Counted from the first letter of the stretch, positions 39,725 through 49,738 are shown. The stretch is 64,000 nucleotides of DNA from an uncultured cyanobacterium (GCA_963766075.1 CAVYAN010000048.1:1-64000); one strand, 5' to 3'. Notes: generated from the sequence alone by a model not told the origin. A program made the numbers and translations.

Positions 39725-40435
39725 ATGCGCTACGAGGAAATTTGCTATCCAGATGGGTCTTTTGCTTGGGTCAGTGCTGTGCCGCGCTGGCATCTAGCCT
39801 TAATGGATGCCCTTTTCCAGCAGCTCTACATGCTCTGGGGCGAGTGGGAGATGGAAACCCAGCAGCTCCTGCAAGTTGTTAATCCAGCAGACGCCTCTGA
39901 ATTGAATCGGGCGCGTGTCCGTTGCTGGCAACTCATGGAGATGCTGGTCAAAAATTTCCCTAGGATTGATGGGAGTTCTTCAGGTTTAGGCTTCGATTTA
40001 GAGCCATTGCGATGCGATGTGCTCCAGATCGAAGCTTTATTTTTTGGGCAGATCGAGGGCGATACGGTCAAGCCGCCCAAGCTGGCCGCCCTAAATCAAT
40101 ACGAGCCAGTCCCTATCCCTGATTGGCAAATTGATGAGGATGCCACTCCCATTCCTTCCACCGACGATCCAGCCATGGACCTTTTGGCAATGCTGACCCT
40201 GGCCACCAGCAGCCAAGAAGCGATCTCACTCATGCAGACGCTTTCGGCCCAGCAAATCGATCGCTTCATCTCAGCCTTGAAAGAACTGAAGCGTGACCCA
40301 GCCGAGCGCGAGCAAGAAGCTTTGGATAATGACTACATCGCTTGGAAGGAAGAAAATCCGGAGATTTTCAGAGAGGCGATGGGAATCAAGTATCTTACGG
40401 CTAGTGAGATTGATGCTCTTGAGAGACGTGCGTAA
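39725..40435 (+). CDS. Hypothetical protein, possible tail assembly chaperone
   Basis: 236 aa, acidic and helical, follows the tube-like gene. Confidence 0.5.
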   Translation: MRYEEICYPDGSFAWVSAVPRWHLALMDALFQQLYMLWGEWEMETQQLLQVVNPADASELNRARVRCWQLMEMLVKNFPRIDGSSSGLGFDLEPLRCDVLQIEALFFGQIEGDTVKPPKLAALNQYEPVPIPDWQIDEDATPIPSTDDPAMDLLAMLTLATSSQEAISLMQTLSAQQIDRFISALKELKRDPAEREQEALDNDYIAWKEENPEIFREAMGIKYLTASEIDALERRA

Positions 40436-40472
40436 GGGAATTATTACAGGTGTAGATAGAGGTTTTCACCCC

Positions 40473-41039
40473 ATGATTGTTATTCAAGGTCAAAGCTACA
40501 CGGTCAACAGTGCCGCCATAACCATTTCTCGGACTGCCGTGTTAGGGCGCGTCTGTTCACAAGCTACGCCGACGCCTGATGACGAAGCAATGGCCGCCCG
40601 CAGCTTAAGCCAAATGATTCCAGGACTGCCCGCCTCCGTCTGCTCTTATCAGCAGGTACAGCTTAATGGCGCATGGCAAATCCTCGTCACGTTCAACCTC
40701 GATCTGGATGAACTGTTGTCCATCGCAGAGGAAATTTCAATCCTTTGGCTTGAGAAAAAGTTGTCCGACCTAACCGCAAGTACACCCGAAGAACAGCCAC
40801 GGGTAGACGCCCTGCGAGCTTCGCTGCAAGAGCAGCTAGACAAAGCTAGAGGCTCCGTAACCGCAAACCCCTTACTTGCGATACTGGAAGGCGGCGCACA
40901 ATCTACCGCTCAAAAAATCAGCACCATTCTGGAGTTGCAGCCAGACGGCCAAGCGATCGAGGTTGAAGCCGCCCCAGTCGGGTTTAAGCCAACTGAAAAA
41001 AAGGCTAGAACAAAAAAGGTGGAAGCGATCGCTAATTAA
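40473..41039 (+). CDS. Hypothetical protein
   Basis: Likely start MIVIQGQ at 40473 inside track ORF 40293..41039. Confidence 0.6.
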   Translation: MIVIQGQSYTVNSAAITISRTAVLGRVCSQATPTPDDEAMAARSLSQMIPGLPASVCSYQQVQLNGAWQILVTFNLDLDELLSIAEEISILWLEKKLSDLTASTPEEQPRVDALRASLQEQLDKARGSVTANPLLAILEGGAQSTAQKISTILELQPDGQAIEVEAAPVGFKPTEKKARTKKVEAIAN

Positions 41040-41251
41040 GCCGTTGCTTTTGTAGCTCTAGCACCCCTGGATGCCTTTGTTTTTTTCAATTCCTGAATTT
41101 CAATCGATTGACTATTTAGCAAGGCTTGCAACTCCTCCATTTTTTGTTGCAAGCCTTCGACTGAACTGGTTGCCTGCCTGACATGATCTGTCAGTACAGC
41201 CAACTGGCGATTAAGATCGTCGATCCGAGCCTTTAGCGCTACGTCACTCAT
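41036..41251 (-). CDS. Small coiled-coil protein
   Basis: 71 aa with a heptad pattern. Confidence 0.55.
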   Translation of the reverse strand: MSDVALKARIDDLNRQLAVLTDHVRQATSSVEGLQQKMEELQALLNSQSIEIQELKKTKASRGARATKATA

Positions 41252-41336
41252 ATTTTTTTTCTACTAAATCCCCCATCATCATACGTGAACTACAACCGAT
41301 CCAACCCATACCCCAGACGCTCTGGATCAAACCACC

Positions 41337-42158
41337 GTGAATCACCGAATGTCTTTCCAGGAAGCCGTAGAAAGAGGTTTTTTGTCTATCTATGCACAAC
41401 CAATTAAGCCGCTCCATTCAGTCGGGGGCTATAAAACTAATTACTTTGAGATTTTGACCCGCGTTCAACGGCAATCCCCTCAGACCTTTTTCCACGATCT
41501 GACGCTTGACGAAAAACTGAGCTTTACACAGTGGTTGGTTGAGCAGGTTCGTAATCTGCCAATTCAATCTGAAAGACCGTTTTTAAGAAACTTCTTCGCG
41601 CTCAACATTCCTGTTGAAGCGTTTTTTTATAAGAACGCTTTGGATTGTGCCAGTGGAGCGGAAAACCTTTTCCTGGAAGTTACGGAAACGGTCGATTACT
41701 CCACAAACTTCAAAAAAATCATGGCCGACTTAGAGCAACCCGTCATCCTGGATGACCTTGGCGACGGCTACGCCTCTCTCCAAAAGCTCCACGAAATCCC
41801 CTTCCATGGATTCAAAATCGGAGGCAACTTGGTTCGCTCCATTTGTGAAAATCCAGATGCAGCGGCGATCGTTGGCTCACTCATGCGGATTGCTCAAGAC
41901 ATCAGCATGAGCTGCACGATGGAATGGGTGGAAAACCAGCAGGTTTGGGATAAACTCAAACTCCTACAAAGCGTCTTTGCACCAAATGCAGAGATTTTGG
42001 TGCAAGGCTATGCCGTGGGTGTCCCCCTGCCAGCGCTGGCCGCGATCGCTATTCAGCTAGGATCTGCTCCAACTGCCTTAGCAACTTCTCGGCCTTCTTC
42101 TGAGACTCCTCACTCAAGTCACCCCAGCGTTTTGACAGATCAGCAAGGCGCTGCTTAG
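41337..42158 (+). CDS. Stand-alone EAL-domain c-di-GMP phosphodiesterase
   Basis: AQPI, FEILTR, ALNI, LEVTE, LDDLGDGYAS, FKIG, EWVE, VQGY. Confidence 0.85.
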   Translation: MNHRMSFQEAVERGFLSIYAQPIKPLHSVGGYKTNYFEILTRVQRQSPQTFFHDLTLDEKLSFTQWLVEQVRNLPIQSERPFLRNFFALNIPVEAFFYKNALDCASGAENLFLEVTETVDYSTNFKKIMADLEQPVILDDLGDGYASLQKLHEIPFHGFKIGGNLVRSICENPDAAAIVGSLMRIAQDISMSCTMEWVENQQVWDKLKLLQSVFAPNAEILVQGYAVGVPLPALAAIAIQLGSAPTALATSRPSSETPHSSHPSVLTDQQGAA

Positions 42159-42945
42159 GCGTCTTCACTCGCTCTGTGTCAGGGCTTTTCAGCTCGCGCA
42201 CCAGCTCACGGATGCGATCGCGGGTGGCCCCTGCCATCGCCAAGGTCAAAAGCTTCGCCCGCTCGCCTTCGTCTTTGACCTTGGCAATCTCAATGGCGAT
42301 CGTGTGGGCTAAACGCCCAGTCCGCAGAGCCGCGAGAACATCCTCGGGCATGTTCAGGATGGGCACCTTGTTCTTGAGGAAGCTTTTCCAGTTGTGCCCC
42401 GTCGCCTCAAAGAAGGCCAACAGCTCATCAATGTCACCCCCTTGCTCGCTAACCATGCCCGCATGGTTAGATCTGTTATTGGCGGCGTAAAGCCGTCTTA
42501 CGACTTCCTGGGGTGTAATGCCCAGCTCTGCCGCCGCCCAATTCAGCACCATATCAACCTCGTCTGGCGGGGTCAGATGCTCGCTGGATAGAACCTCTAA
42601 GGCGATGATTTGCATCGCTTCAGCATCGCTCATTTCGCGGACGATGGCAGGGCATTTTTCCAAGCCCAGATGCTTGGCGACTAGCGATCGCCGCCCACCT
42701 TTAACGGACTCGAAATATCCTGACTGGTCTGGGCTTGGCCGCAGTAGTAGGGGTTCTTTGATGCCGACAGCGGCAATCGATGCCCGCAGTTCGTCTAGTC
42801 GAACGGGGTCAAAGAACCGGCGTGGTTGGAGCGGGCAAGGGATGATTCGGGTCGTTGCGATTTGAGTCACAGGCTCCGACGCATCCTTTTTGGGGGCTGC
42901 GCCTAAATAAGCGCCGAGCCCAGGTGTGGCTCTATTGTTTAACAT
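42049..42945 (-). CDS. parB: ParB-family partition protein
   Basis: QPRRFFD, GIKEPLLLRP, KGGRR arginine patch; directly downstream of parA. Confidence 0.9.
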   Translation of the reverse strand: MLNNRATPGLGAYLGAAPKKDASEPVTQIATTRIIPCPLQPRRFFDPVRLDELRASIAAVGIKEPLLLRPSPDQSGYFESVKGGRRSLVAKHLGLEKCPAIVREMSDAEAMQIIALEVLSSEHLTPPDEVDMVLNWAAAELGITPQEVVRRLYAANNRSNHAGMVSEQGGDIDELLAFFEATGHNWKSFLKNKVPILNMPEDVLAALRTGRLAHTIAIEIAKVKDEGERAKLLTLAMAGATRDRIRELVRELKSPDTERVKTPKQRLADLSKRWGDLSEESQKKAEKLLRQLEQILAE

Positions 42946-43700
42946 GCTTCTCCTTTCAGTAGCGATGTTGCTATATCGGAGAAAATCAAATTTAGCGCGT
43001 GCTTAGGACGCCAAACCCCTAAAGGCTGGCCGCGCTTAACGGCTTGCCCCAACTCTTTGCTTCGTGCCAAGGCCGGAAACACGGGAGCGGCTTTGGCAAA
43101 GTTTCCATGAATGTAGTCCAGGGCTTCCCTTTCGTGGGCCGCGCTTCTATCAAGCGCATTCGGGATAAAGCCCAGCAGTTTGGGTGTGATTTCATAGTTA
43201 TCCCTGAGTGAACTGAGGGACGTGAACACAAGGTTTGCTCCTAGCAGCCCCTTTGCCTCTGTTCTCAGAGGGATTAACACCCCTGAACAGCTCATCAGAG
43301 CCATGATGCTCAGGAGTCCGAGGGCTGGAGGGCAATCCAGAAGGATCACATCATAGTGCGCCTCAATCTTGGCGATCGCGTTCTGGAGTCGGCTCCCTCG
43401 CAGGTGATCGTTGGCTAACTCCATCTCGATACCCGACAAGTCAAGAGTGGCGGGTATCAAGTCAAAGCCATGACATTGCTTCGGAGCAATATCAACACCC
43501 TTGATAAAAGGTGAAGTCGTTTCCTCCACGGGGATTTCACAGGAGTCTAAGCCTGCAAAATCGGTCAGCGAACCTTGGGAATCTAAATCGATCGCTAGGG
43601 TTCGCTGACCTTGCTGAGCAAACTGATAGGCGAGGTTTAGGGTCATGGTCGTTTTGCCCTGCCCCCCTGCCTGGTTGAAGACTGCGATGATTTGCGTCAT
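42939..43700 (-). CDS. parA: ParA-family ATPase
   Basis: FNQAGGQGKTT deviant Walker A, IDLDSQG, LDCPP. Confidence 0.92.
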   Translation of the reverse strand: MTQIIAVFNQAGGQGKTTMTLNLAYQFAQQGQRTLAIDLDSQGSLTDFAGLDSCEIPVEETTSPFIKGVDIAPKQCHGFDLIPATLDLSGIEMELANDHLRGSRLQNAIAKIEAHYDVILLDCPPALGLLSIMALMSCSGVLIPLRTEAKGLLGANLVFTSLSSLRDNYEITPKLLGFIPNALDRSAAHEREALDYIHGNFAKAAPVFPALARSKELGQAVKRGQPLGVWRPKHALNLIFSDIATSLLKGEAC

Positions 43701-44087
43701 TTAAGATACCGCTGATTTTAAGAGGATTATGCTTGCCGCCAGATCATCTGACGGATTTTCTTTGTGCTGTTTTTCAAGGCTTGAGATCGCGGCCTGTATG
43801 TCACTTGTCCGCCGTTTTAGCTTGTCGCGAACACCCAAACTTGTTTCTAGGCTAAGCATCACCTGAAGGTTTTTTGCTTGCTCAATCAATCCAGAGTCTA
43901 TAACAAGCCTGATAACGCCTGCCTGCGTCATCCCCATTTGTGTGGCTATTAAATTTATTCGCCTAAGCTGCACTTCTGTTAAACGCACATCTTTGGCTAC
44001 AGTTCTTGCTTTGGCTTTTTTCCCTTCATCAGATTGTTCAACAGATTGTTTTTCTTCAACAGGTTGAATTAAGTCGTCATTGCTCAT
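43701..44087 (-). CDS. Ribbon-helix-helix-like regulator
   Basis: KDVRLTEVQLRRINLIATQMGMTQAGVIRLVID; abuts parA. Confidence 0.6.
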   Translation of the reverse strand: MSNDDLIQPVEEKQSVEQSDEGKKAKARTVAKDVRLTEVQLRRINLIATQMGMTQAGVIRLVIDSGLIEQAKNLQVMLSLETSLGVRDKLKRRTSDIQAAISSLEKQHKENPSDDLAASIILLKSAVS

Positions 44088-44228
44088 ATATATCTCTCAG
44101 TCAAAACAACCTCCATTTTACTGGCACCCTGCTTTTGTCCAAAAATATCAGAAATTCTTGTAAAAAGACTTTACTACAAAAAACCTAGCATTTGTCGTAA
44201 ACCTTTGGTAGAATCCCAAGCAGTACAT

Positions 44229-44250
44229 TTGATTTCTGTACATAAATCAA
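44229..44250. promoter_or_regulatory. 22-bp palindromic site TTGATTTCTGTACATAAATCAA
   Basis: In the divergent intergenic region; five related copies elsewhere. Confidence 0.75.
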
Positions 44251-44285
44251 GCGCGGAAATCAAATGCTGCTAGGACATAGCATTC

Positions 44286-44648
44286 ATGGGCATAGGAGTT
44301 TTTATGGAAGTTTCACCAGTTCTCGTCACGGGCTTGACCCTGACTTTTGTCGCTGGGCACTGGGCGGGTCGGCATCTAGACGTTACCCCGGATTCTGTGG
44401 CGGTTGAACGCCGCCGCCAGTTAATCGCTCTGTTAAAACAGGCAGGGTTAAACCTGCTGAAGTATGGCGCGATCGCTGCGCAGCGCGGGCGAGCCTTCGT
44501 AGTCGAGCAGTCGGGGTCAGCGGCTTCTCAACCCCTGATTCTGCCTCAAGGTCAACCTTTTGATTTGGGCGAAGCGGGGCAAGAGCTTGAACATTTGCTG
44601 GCCACTCCCGCTCCCGCAACCCCCGCTCGGAGAGGTGTAAAAAACTAA
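44286..44648 (+). CDS. Hypothetical protein with N-terminal hydrophobic helix
   Basis: First gene of the plus-strand module. Confidence 0.55.
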   Translation: MGIGVFMEVSPVLVTGLTLTFVAGHWAGRHLDVTPDSVAVERRRQLIALLKQAGLNLLKYGAIAAQRGRAFVVEQSGSAASQPLILPQGQPFDLGEAGQELEHLLATPAPATPARRGVKN

Positions 44649-45097
44649 TGAAATCCACCCAAATCCGAAAAAAACGCCTCAATCTGGACGATCGCTTAGC
44701 CCTCCTGAGCTTTCAAGAAATGCGAGACTTGCTTGCGCAAGATTTGAACAGCCCAATTAAGCGGAGGGCTAAGCTTCGGCTGAAGCAGATTGCCGCTCTT
44801 GGCCTAAGCCCAAATGAGCTGCACGGACTGCTTGCGAATGCGTTCAACGCAGAACAGTTGTATGGAGAAAAGCTATATAACCGTCACTTGCTTCAGATCC
44901 ACCACGATCAGCTCGTAACGGATCTGGAGGCGCAAAAAGACCCAGAATTTGACACGACACTGTTGCATCAATTGATCGAATTTGTCCGCGAGAACGGGTC
45001 AACAACCTTGTTGAAGATGGTGGTCGCTGTGTCCGACGCTGTAGGCGACACAGAAACCGCTGAAGGAGTAGAGGATTATCTGTATTCCTTTACCTAG
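44648..45097 (+). CDS. Hypothetical protein
   Basis: 149 aa, TAATG coupling. Confidence 0.6.
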   Translation: MKSTQIRKKRLNLDDRLALLSFQEMRDLLAQDLNSPIKRRAKLRLKQIAALGLSPNELHGLLANAFNAEQLYGEKLYNRHLLQIHHDQLVTDLEAQKDPEFDTTLLHQLIEFVRENGSTTLLKMVVAVSDAVGDTETAEGVEDYLYSFT

Positions 45098-45172
45098 GCC
45101 CGGTTGTGACCGGCCATGTCCGAACAATTTCAAGCGCGATCGCCGCGCATTTTTTTGAGGAGATAGGCGGAC

Positions 45173-45526
45173 ATGACCGGACATGACCGGACACAACCGG
45201 CCATGACCGGAGCAGAATTCAACCGAGCGATCGCCCAAAAGTATTTCCAGGTTTACAACATCAAGCCATGCCCGCGAACCGTTCGCCGCTGGCGATGCGC
45301 TCTGGGAATAGGGCAAAAAGGGATGTACAGCGAGGCTGAGATGGATGACGTGCTGCATCTGGGATGTCTCATTCGCCAGATGGGCACCGTGGATGCGGCA
45401 GTAGACAGATACATTGAATTAAAGGAGCTTCATGAAGAACAAAGTCAAGGGCAACGGGTTTCAGCCAGGACAGGGTGCCAATCGGACCAGCCACCGATTA
45501 CGGTTGATGCGGCAGTTGTCGGTTAG
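45173..45526 (+). CDS. HTH-like DNA-binding protein
   Basis: PCPRTVRRWRCALGI...YSEAEM, MerR/excisionase-like; GAGGAG upstream. Confidence 0.55.
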   Translation: MTGHDRTQPAMTGAEFNRAIAQKYFQVYNIKPCPRTVRRWRCALGIGQKGMYSEAEMDDVLHLGCLIRQMGTVDAAVDRYIELKELHEEQSQGQRVSARTGCQSDQPPITVDAAVVG

Positions 45527-46055
45527 TGAACCGCAATTCAAAACCTTGTGCGGAGCCTTGGGACTGGCTTTCAAGGATTTTTACTCCCAGCAGGAAGCCG
45601 ATCGGCTGACCAACTATCACCATGCGTCAACCGACCACCAACCACCCGCCAACCAACCACCAACTATTCATCAACCATCCGCCAACTATTCACCAACCGA
45701 GCGCCAACCGAGCGCCAACCAATTGGCAACCCAGTTGGTTGGCGGGGAAGTTGAACGGTTGACGAAATTGGTTTCTCAGGTTGAGGATGGGGCACAACAG
45801 ATTGCCCAGCAGGCTGGGGAGCGGATTGCCGAGCTTGTGGGCGACATTCCCCGATCAGCATTAGAGATCGCGGCCAGCTTGACCAGCCAGAATCAAGGAA
45901 TTTTGTACACAGCACATGACGCGGTTGAGGAGGTTGGCGCAGTAGCCGAAAACTTTCGAGAGCAACTTAGCCGCCGCCCCCGGCAGCTTCCCTCTACCGC
46001 GCCTACAACCCTGCGTCAGCTACGCGCAGCCGACCCAGATCTCCAACGCGCTTAA
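45432..46055 (+). CDS. HTH-like plus coiled-coil protein
   Basis: LSVSEPQFKTLCGALG...YSQQEA, Q/P-rich repeats; start uncertain. Confidence 0.5.
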   Translation: MKNKVKGNGFQPGQGANRTSHRLRLMRQLSVSEPQFKTLCGALGLAFKDFYSQQEADRLTNYHHASTDHQPPANQPPTIHQPSANYSPTERQPSANQLATQLVGGEVERLTKLVSQVEDGAQQIAQQAGERIAELVGDIPRSALEIAASLTSQNQGILYTAHDAVEEVGAVAENFREQLSRRPRQLPSTAPTTLRQLRAADPDLQRA

Positions 46056-46517
46056 GGTTGGAATTATTTTTTCAGCAAGCTTGGTTGGAGTGTTGGTTGC
46101 CGTCATGGCGATCGCGCTTGTCAATCGCCCCAAACCCGTGTACGCCCTAGTGGTCGCACTTGGGGGAGCCACAACAAGTTCAGTTCTGATTTGTTGGGGT
46201 TTAAGCGTTGCCAAGCGTGGACAAGTGGTTGAGTGGCGTGAAATCCACCGGCCAACCAACACTCCAACCAACCACCAACCTGCTCGCCAACTTGGCCACC
46301 AACCACCCGCCACGCGAACTATCAACCTACCAACCATCAGGGCCATCGAATGAACAAACCTGTGAAAATTGCCTGCTTACTCGGAACCTCATTTTTGTTG
46401 CTGCTTGTCTTGGGCGCGATCATAGTTGCCCGAGCGATCGACCCCGGCAAAAAAAATACCACGGAGGTTCCGATGGAAATCTACAACAAACTTCCCCTCT
46501 CGTTTGGGATCTAGAAA

Positions 46518-46930
46518 TGACCAATCAACTGATTCGAGACATTAAAGTTGCAGTGGTCCCAGCCCTTGTGACCACTGGATCTATTCTGGTTTTCACAATC
46601 ACCCTTACCCTCCATCTTGCAGAGGACAAAGCTGCAAAAATTATTCGGATGCAGCTCCCTGCAATCTTTTTCACGGCCCTTGTGGCTGGAACACTGGGTG
46701 TTAGGGCGAAAGGTGATGGAGCAACCTACCCTGGCCGTGAAGAACCCGCGATCGCTTACACCCCAGCGTCCTACCCCCCGCTGCCAGCAGGATTAGGGCA
46801 ATCGCAGAGGGTTGATGTCTCACAGCTAATCGATCAAGCTACCCAGCCCCAGGCTCAGTCTTTATATGGGCTTAGGGAAATAGATTTAGACAGTTTGATT
46901 GGACAAAGACCGATCGGGGGGGAGGATTAA
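46518..46930 (+). CDS. Two-TM membrane protein
   Basis: Likely start MTNQLIRD inside track ORF 46208..46930; two hydrophobic helices. Confidence 0.5.
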
Positions 46931-47017
46931 TGCTGAAAACGTTCCAGGAAGGGTTGGAGCGGTTGAAGAAAGTAGAGTTCAGAAATTTTCTGATCCTATT
47001 GATGTAGGGAGCGACTC

Positions 47018-47677
47018 ATGCCGAAGGAAGGGAAAAAAACAGAAAAACCCGTCGCAGAATCTCAGTCTGCGGCTATTTCTTCTGACGGCAAAACCTGCCA
47101 TCTGATCGTGAACATTAGCAACGGTTACGGGACGGCGCGGATGGATTACAAAGGACCAGTTGACCCGCTTTTTGCGGGGGGACTGCTTGGAATCGCTCAA
47201 GCATCGGGGGGAAGCATTAGCCCTCAGCCGATTCCAGCGATTCAGATTCAGCAGCAACAGCCACCACTGCTATCTCAATCGCAGCCTTCAAGCCTACCCC
47301 CACCGAATCCCCCTCCAAGAAGGTCAGTTGATTTCAACACTATTGATGCGGCGGCGGCAACGGTGCTGCCTCGGACTGGCTTGCCTGCTACTCGCCCTGG
47401 CGTCCCTTTGCCAACTGTTCAGCGAGGGCGTTCAATTGGCCCCGTCCAGGTGGCTCTCATACTGGTGTTTTTGTTCTTTTTGCCCATTGCTTGGACGCTA
47501 ATCAGCAGTCCCGTGGCGCGGCAAAACGTATTGAACTCAATCATCCCGATCGCGCCTCCTGCGGCCCCCAGCCCGAGCGCTGCCCCCGCCAAGCCAAAGC
47601 AGTCTTCCGCGCTGCCTCCACCCCCACCCCCCAATCCCCCGGCAGGTTCAATTCTGCCCGTTCCCACTCCACCATAA
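47018..47677 (+). CDS. Pro-rich single-TM protein
   Basis: VALILVFLFFLPIAWTLI flanked by Pro-rich linkers. Confidence 0.6.
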   Translation: MPKEGKKTEKPVAESQSAAISSDGKTCHLIVNISNGYGTARMDYKGPVDPLFAGGLLGIAQASGGSISPQPIPAIQIQQQQPPLLSQSQPSSLPPPNPPPRRSVDFNTIDAAAATVLPRTGLPATRPGVPLPTVQRGRSIGPVQVALILVFLFFLPIAWTLISSPVARQNVLNSIIPIAPPAAPSPSAAPAKPKQSSALPPPPPPNPPAGSILPVPTPP

Positions 47678-47679
47678 CC

Positions 47680-48042
47680 ATGAATTCACATTCACCACTA
47701 CCCACTCGCCCCACTTCGCCGCCAGCAAGTAATGGCCAACCTCCAGCCAAGGCCACTACTGGAACCGCTGGCCTTGTTGAAGAAGTTGTCTACACAGACG
47801 ACAATTTTGCGGATCAAGTATTTCGAGCGATCGGAATATTTGCCGTGCCCGTCAACCTGGCTAAGCAAACCCCGATGGTGCCGTTCCTGAAGGTTGCCCT
47901 CAATCCACTGCCGCTTATCTGCATATTCGGCGTGATGTTTTTGCTATCCCGCCAGCTTAACCGTCCAGGCTTGGAAAAGTTGAGCATTTGGTTCCTCGGG
48001 CTCGCGATCGCCAGCCTAACCGCCCTGTATTCGTTGGTCTAA
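47680..48042 (+). CDS. Membrane protein
   Basis: Likely start MNSHSP directly after the previous stop; two C-terminal TM helices. Confidence 0.55.
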   Translation: MNSHSPLPTRPTSPPASNGQPPAKATTGTAGLVEEVVYTDDNFADQVFRAIGIFAVPVNLAKQTPMVPFLKVALNPLPLICIFGVMFLLSRQLNRPGLEKLSIWFLGLAIASLTALYSLV

Positions 48043-48061
48043 CTTTGTTTGGTTGCCTGCT

Positions 48062-49738
48062 ATGCCCGCCACGCTCGAAAAAACGTTTGAAAGTCTCAAG
48101 GTTTTCAACCCCGAAACTTCCTTAGTCCAGATTGCCGCCGATCATAGAATGACGGTGGACAAACTGTTTGCCCAAGTTGTTGCTTGGGCAACCCAAAAAG
48201 GGGTTTTGAAGCAAGTCGGAGCCACGATTTTGGCTCAGTACTGGCTTGAAGCCAAGCGGCAATCGGTGTCTACGGACAGAGATGAGTATGTTGCCTGGGC
48301 AATGCAGCAGTTTGGATTAGATGACGCTGAAGCCACCGCCGCGATCGCGGCGGCTGAAGCTTGTATGCCTGAAAGCGCTGGAACTCTCGACATTGCAGGC
48401 TACCGGCTTGCTCAAGTGTTTGAAGCCTACAAGGTGACTCTTGAGTTTTTACCACCGGCAATAGAGGGACTGAGGCACTATGGGTTTATTTTCAAAATGA
48501 AAGCGGGAACATCGTTCTCAGCCGTAGAGGGGAAGCTTCCTGAAGTGCTATCTTTTTCCGGATTCGATCCCAAAAGAGTGGCTTATCTTGAGCCTCGCAC
48601 AGGCGGCAAAATGGCTTTGTTTGTTCCCAAAGAAGCCAGCAAAGCTACTGACTACCCGCTGCTGAAACATTATGCTAGCGCCGTAAAACCCGAAAAGCCG
48701 GGATTGATCGGCATCTGTGCCGCCATCATCCGGAGCCATGGCGGCAAGCATTCGATAAATCGTCCCGTTGAAATTCCTGTAGGGATTTCAATTTTTAACG
48801 AAACTGTTACGGTCCCCCTTGGGAAAGGGGCAATGATCGTTGGACAGACGGGTAGTGGAAAGACTGTTTCACAAGAAATCCTCCTATCAACAATGCAAAT
48901 GCTGTGGACGCCACAACAATTGCAGATCATCCTAATCGACATGAAGGCTGTCTTTGCAGCGCAATACAAAGACGGCCCGCACCTGATTTTTCCGGCTATA
49001 GATGACGAAAGCCTTGCGAAAGAATTTCCACGCCTGAAGCGAGCGTTAACCCATGAACTGAAGCGGCGCAATAATGTTTTCAAAGCCGCAGGGGTTAAGA
49101 ACATCTATGAGTACAACGACTATCAAGTACGGCAGGGAGATGCGAATCTCATGCCAATCATCTACGTTTTTGTAGATGAGATTAAAGATGCGATCGACCA
49201 GGAAAAAGACTTTGAGGATTGGATTTGGATCGGAACACGACGATACACCGCATTTGGTGTTTTTTTCATTTTGGCTACACAATATGCCCCCGATATTCCT
49301 CCAAAAATCAGAGGGAATATGGGAGTCCAGTTTGGGCTTAGGCTACCAAAAAGTTCATCGGCTGAACTTGTGTTTGCCAATCCAGCCCTAGCGCGACACT
49401 TGCCCGATCTGCTTGGGGCGGGCGACTGCATCATTCAGGGCGGCACTGAAAACCTGATTGGGGGGGTGCGAACTCAAGTTTTTAGCTTGCCTTTGGATCA
49501 CTCCAAAGCGGTCCTGACTGCACTGCAAGAAGCTTACGAAGCATCGAAGCATCTTTATATCCCCCCGGATCCAGGTGAAGATGAGGATGAAGAGGGTGCG
49601 GCATCAGAAGCCATGACGTGCCCAACCTGCGGCAGCGATCGCATTAGCAAATATGGCTTTGCAAAAAAGGGGAACGAAAAAATTCCCAGATTCAGATGTG
49701 GAGGAACCCCAGCGCATGTATTCACAAACCCAAACTAG
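48062..49738 (+). CDS. FtsK/SpoIIIE-family ATPase with C-terminal zinc ribbon
   Basis: GQTGSGKT, IDMK, VFVDE, ILATQ, LLGAGD; CPTCGS...RFRC tail. Confidence 0.85.
   Translation: MPATLEKTFESLKVFNPETSLVQIAADHRMTVDKLFAQVVAWATQKGVLKQVGATILAQYWLEAKRQSVSTDRDEYVAWAMQQFGLDDAEATAAIAAAEACMPESAGTLDIAGYRLAQVFEAYKVTLEFLPPAIEGLRHYGFIFKMKAGTSFSAVEGKLPEVLSFSGFDPKRVAYLEPRTGGKMALFVPKEASKATDYPLLKHYASAVKPEKPGLIGICAAIIRSHGGKHSINRPVEIPVGISIFNETVTVPLGKGAMIVGQTGSGKTVSQEILLSTMQMLWTPQQLQIILIDMKAVFAAQYKDGPHLIFPAIDDESLAKEFPRLKRALTHELKRRNNVFKAAGVKNIYEYNDYQVRQGDANLMPIIYVFVDEIKDAIDQEKDFEDWIWIGTRRYTAFGVFFILATQYAPDIPPKIRGNMGVQFGLRLPKSSSAELVFANPALARHLPDLLGAGDCIIQGGTENLIGGVRTQVFSLPLDHSKAVLTALQEAYEASKHLYIPPDPGEDEDEEGAASEAMTCPTCGSDRISKYGFAKKGNEKIPRFRCGGTPAHVFTNPN

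Noticed and set aside
40293..40472. Programmed frameshift between tail chaperone ORFs
   Set aside because: The overlap is in the +1 frame, no X XXY YYZ slippery site was seen, and a separate ATG at 40473 explains the second gene.
1..41039. Contractile injection system, tailocin or encapsulin nanocompartment
   Set aside because: No sheath was recognised, and portal, terminase, protease and tape measure indicate a DNA-packaging tailed phage.
49610..49738. IS1-like zinc ribbon as an insertion sequence
   Set aside because: It is fused in frame to FtsK, with no transposase domain or terminal repeats.
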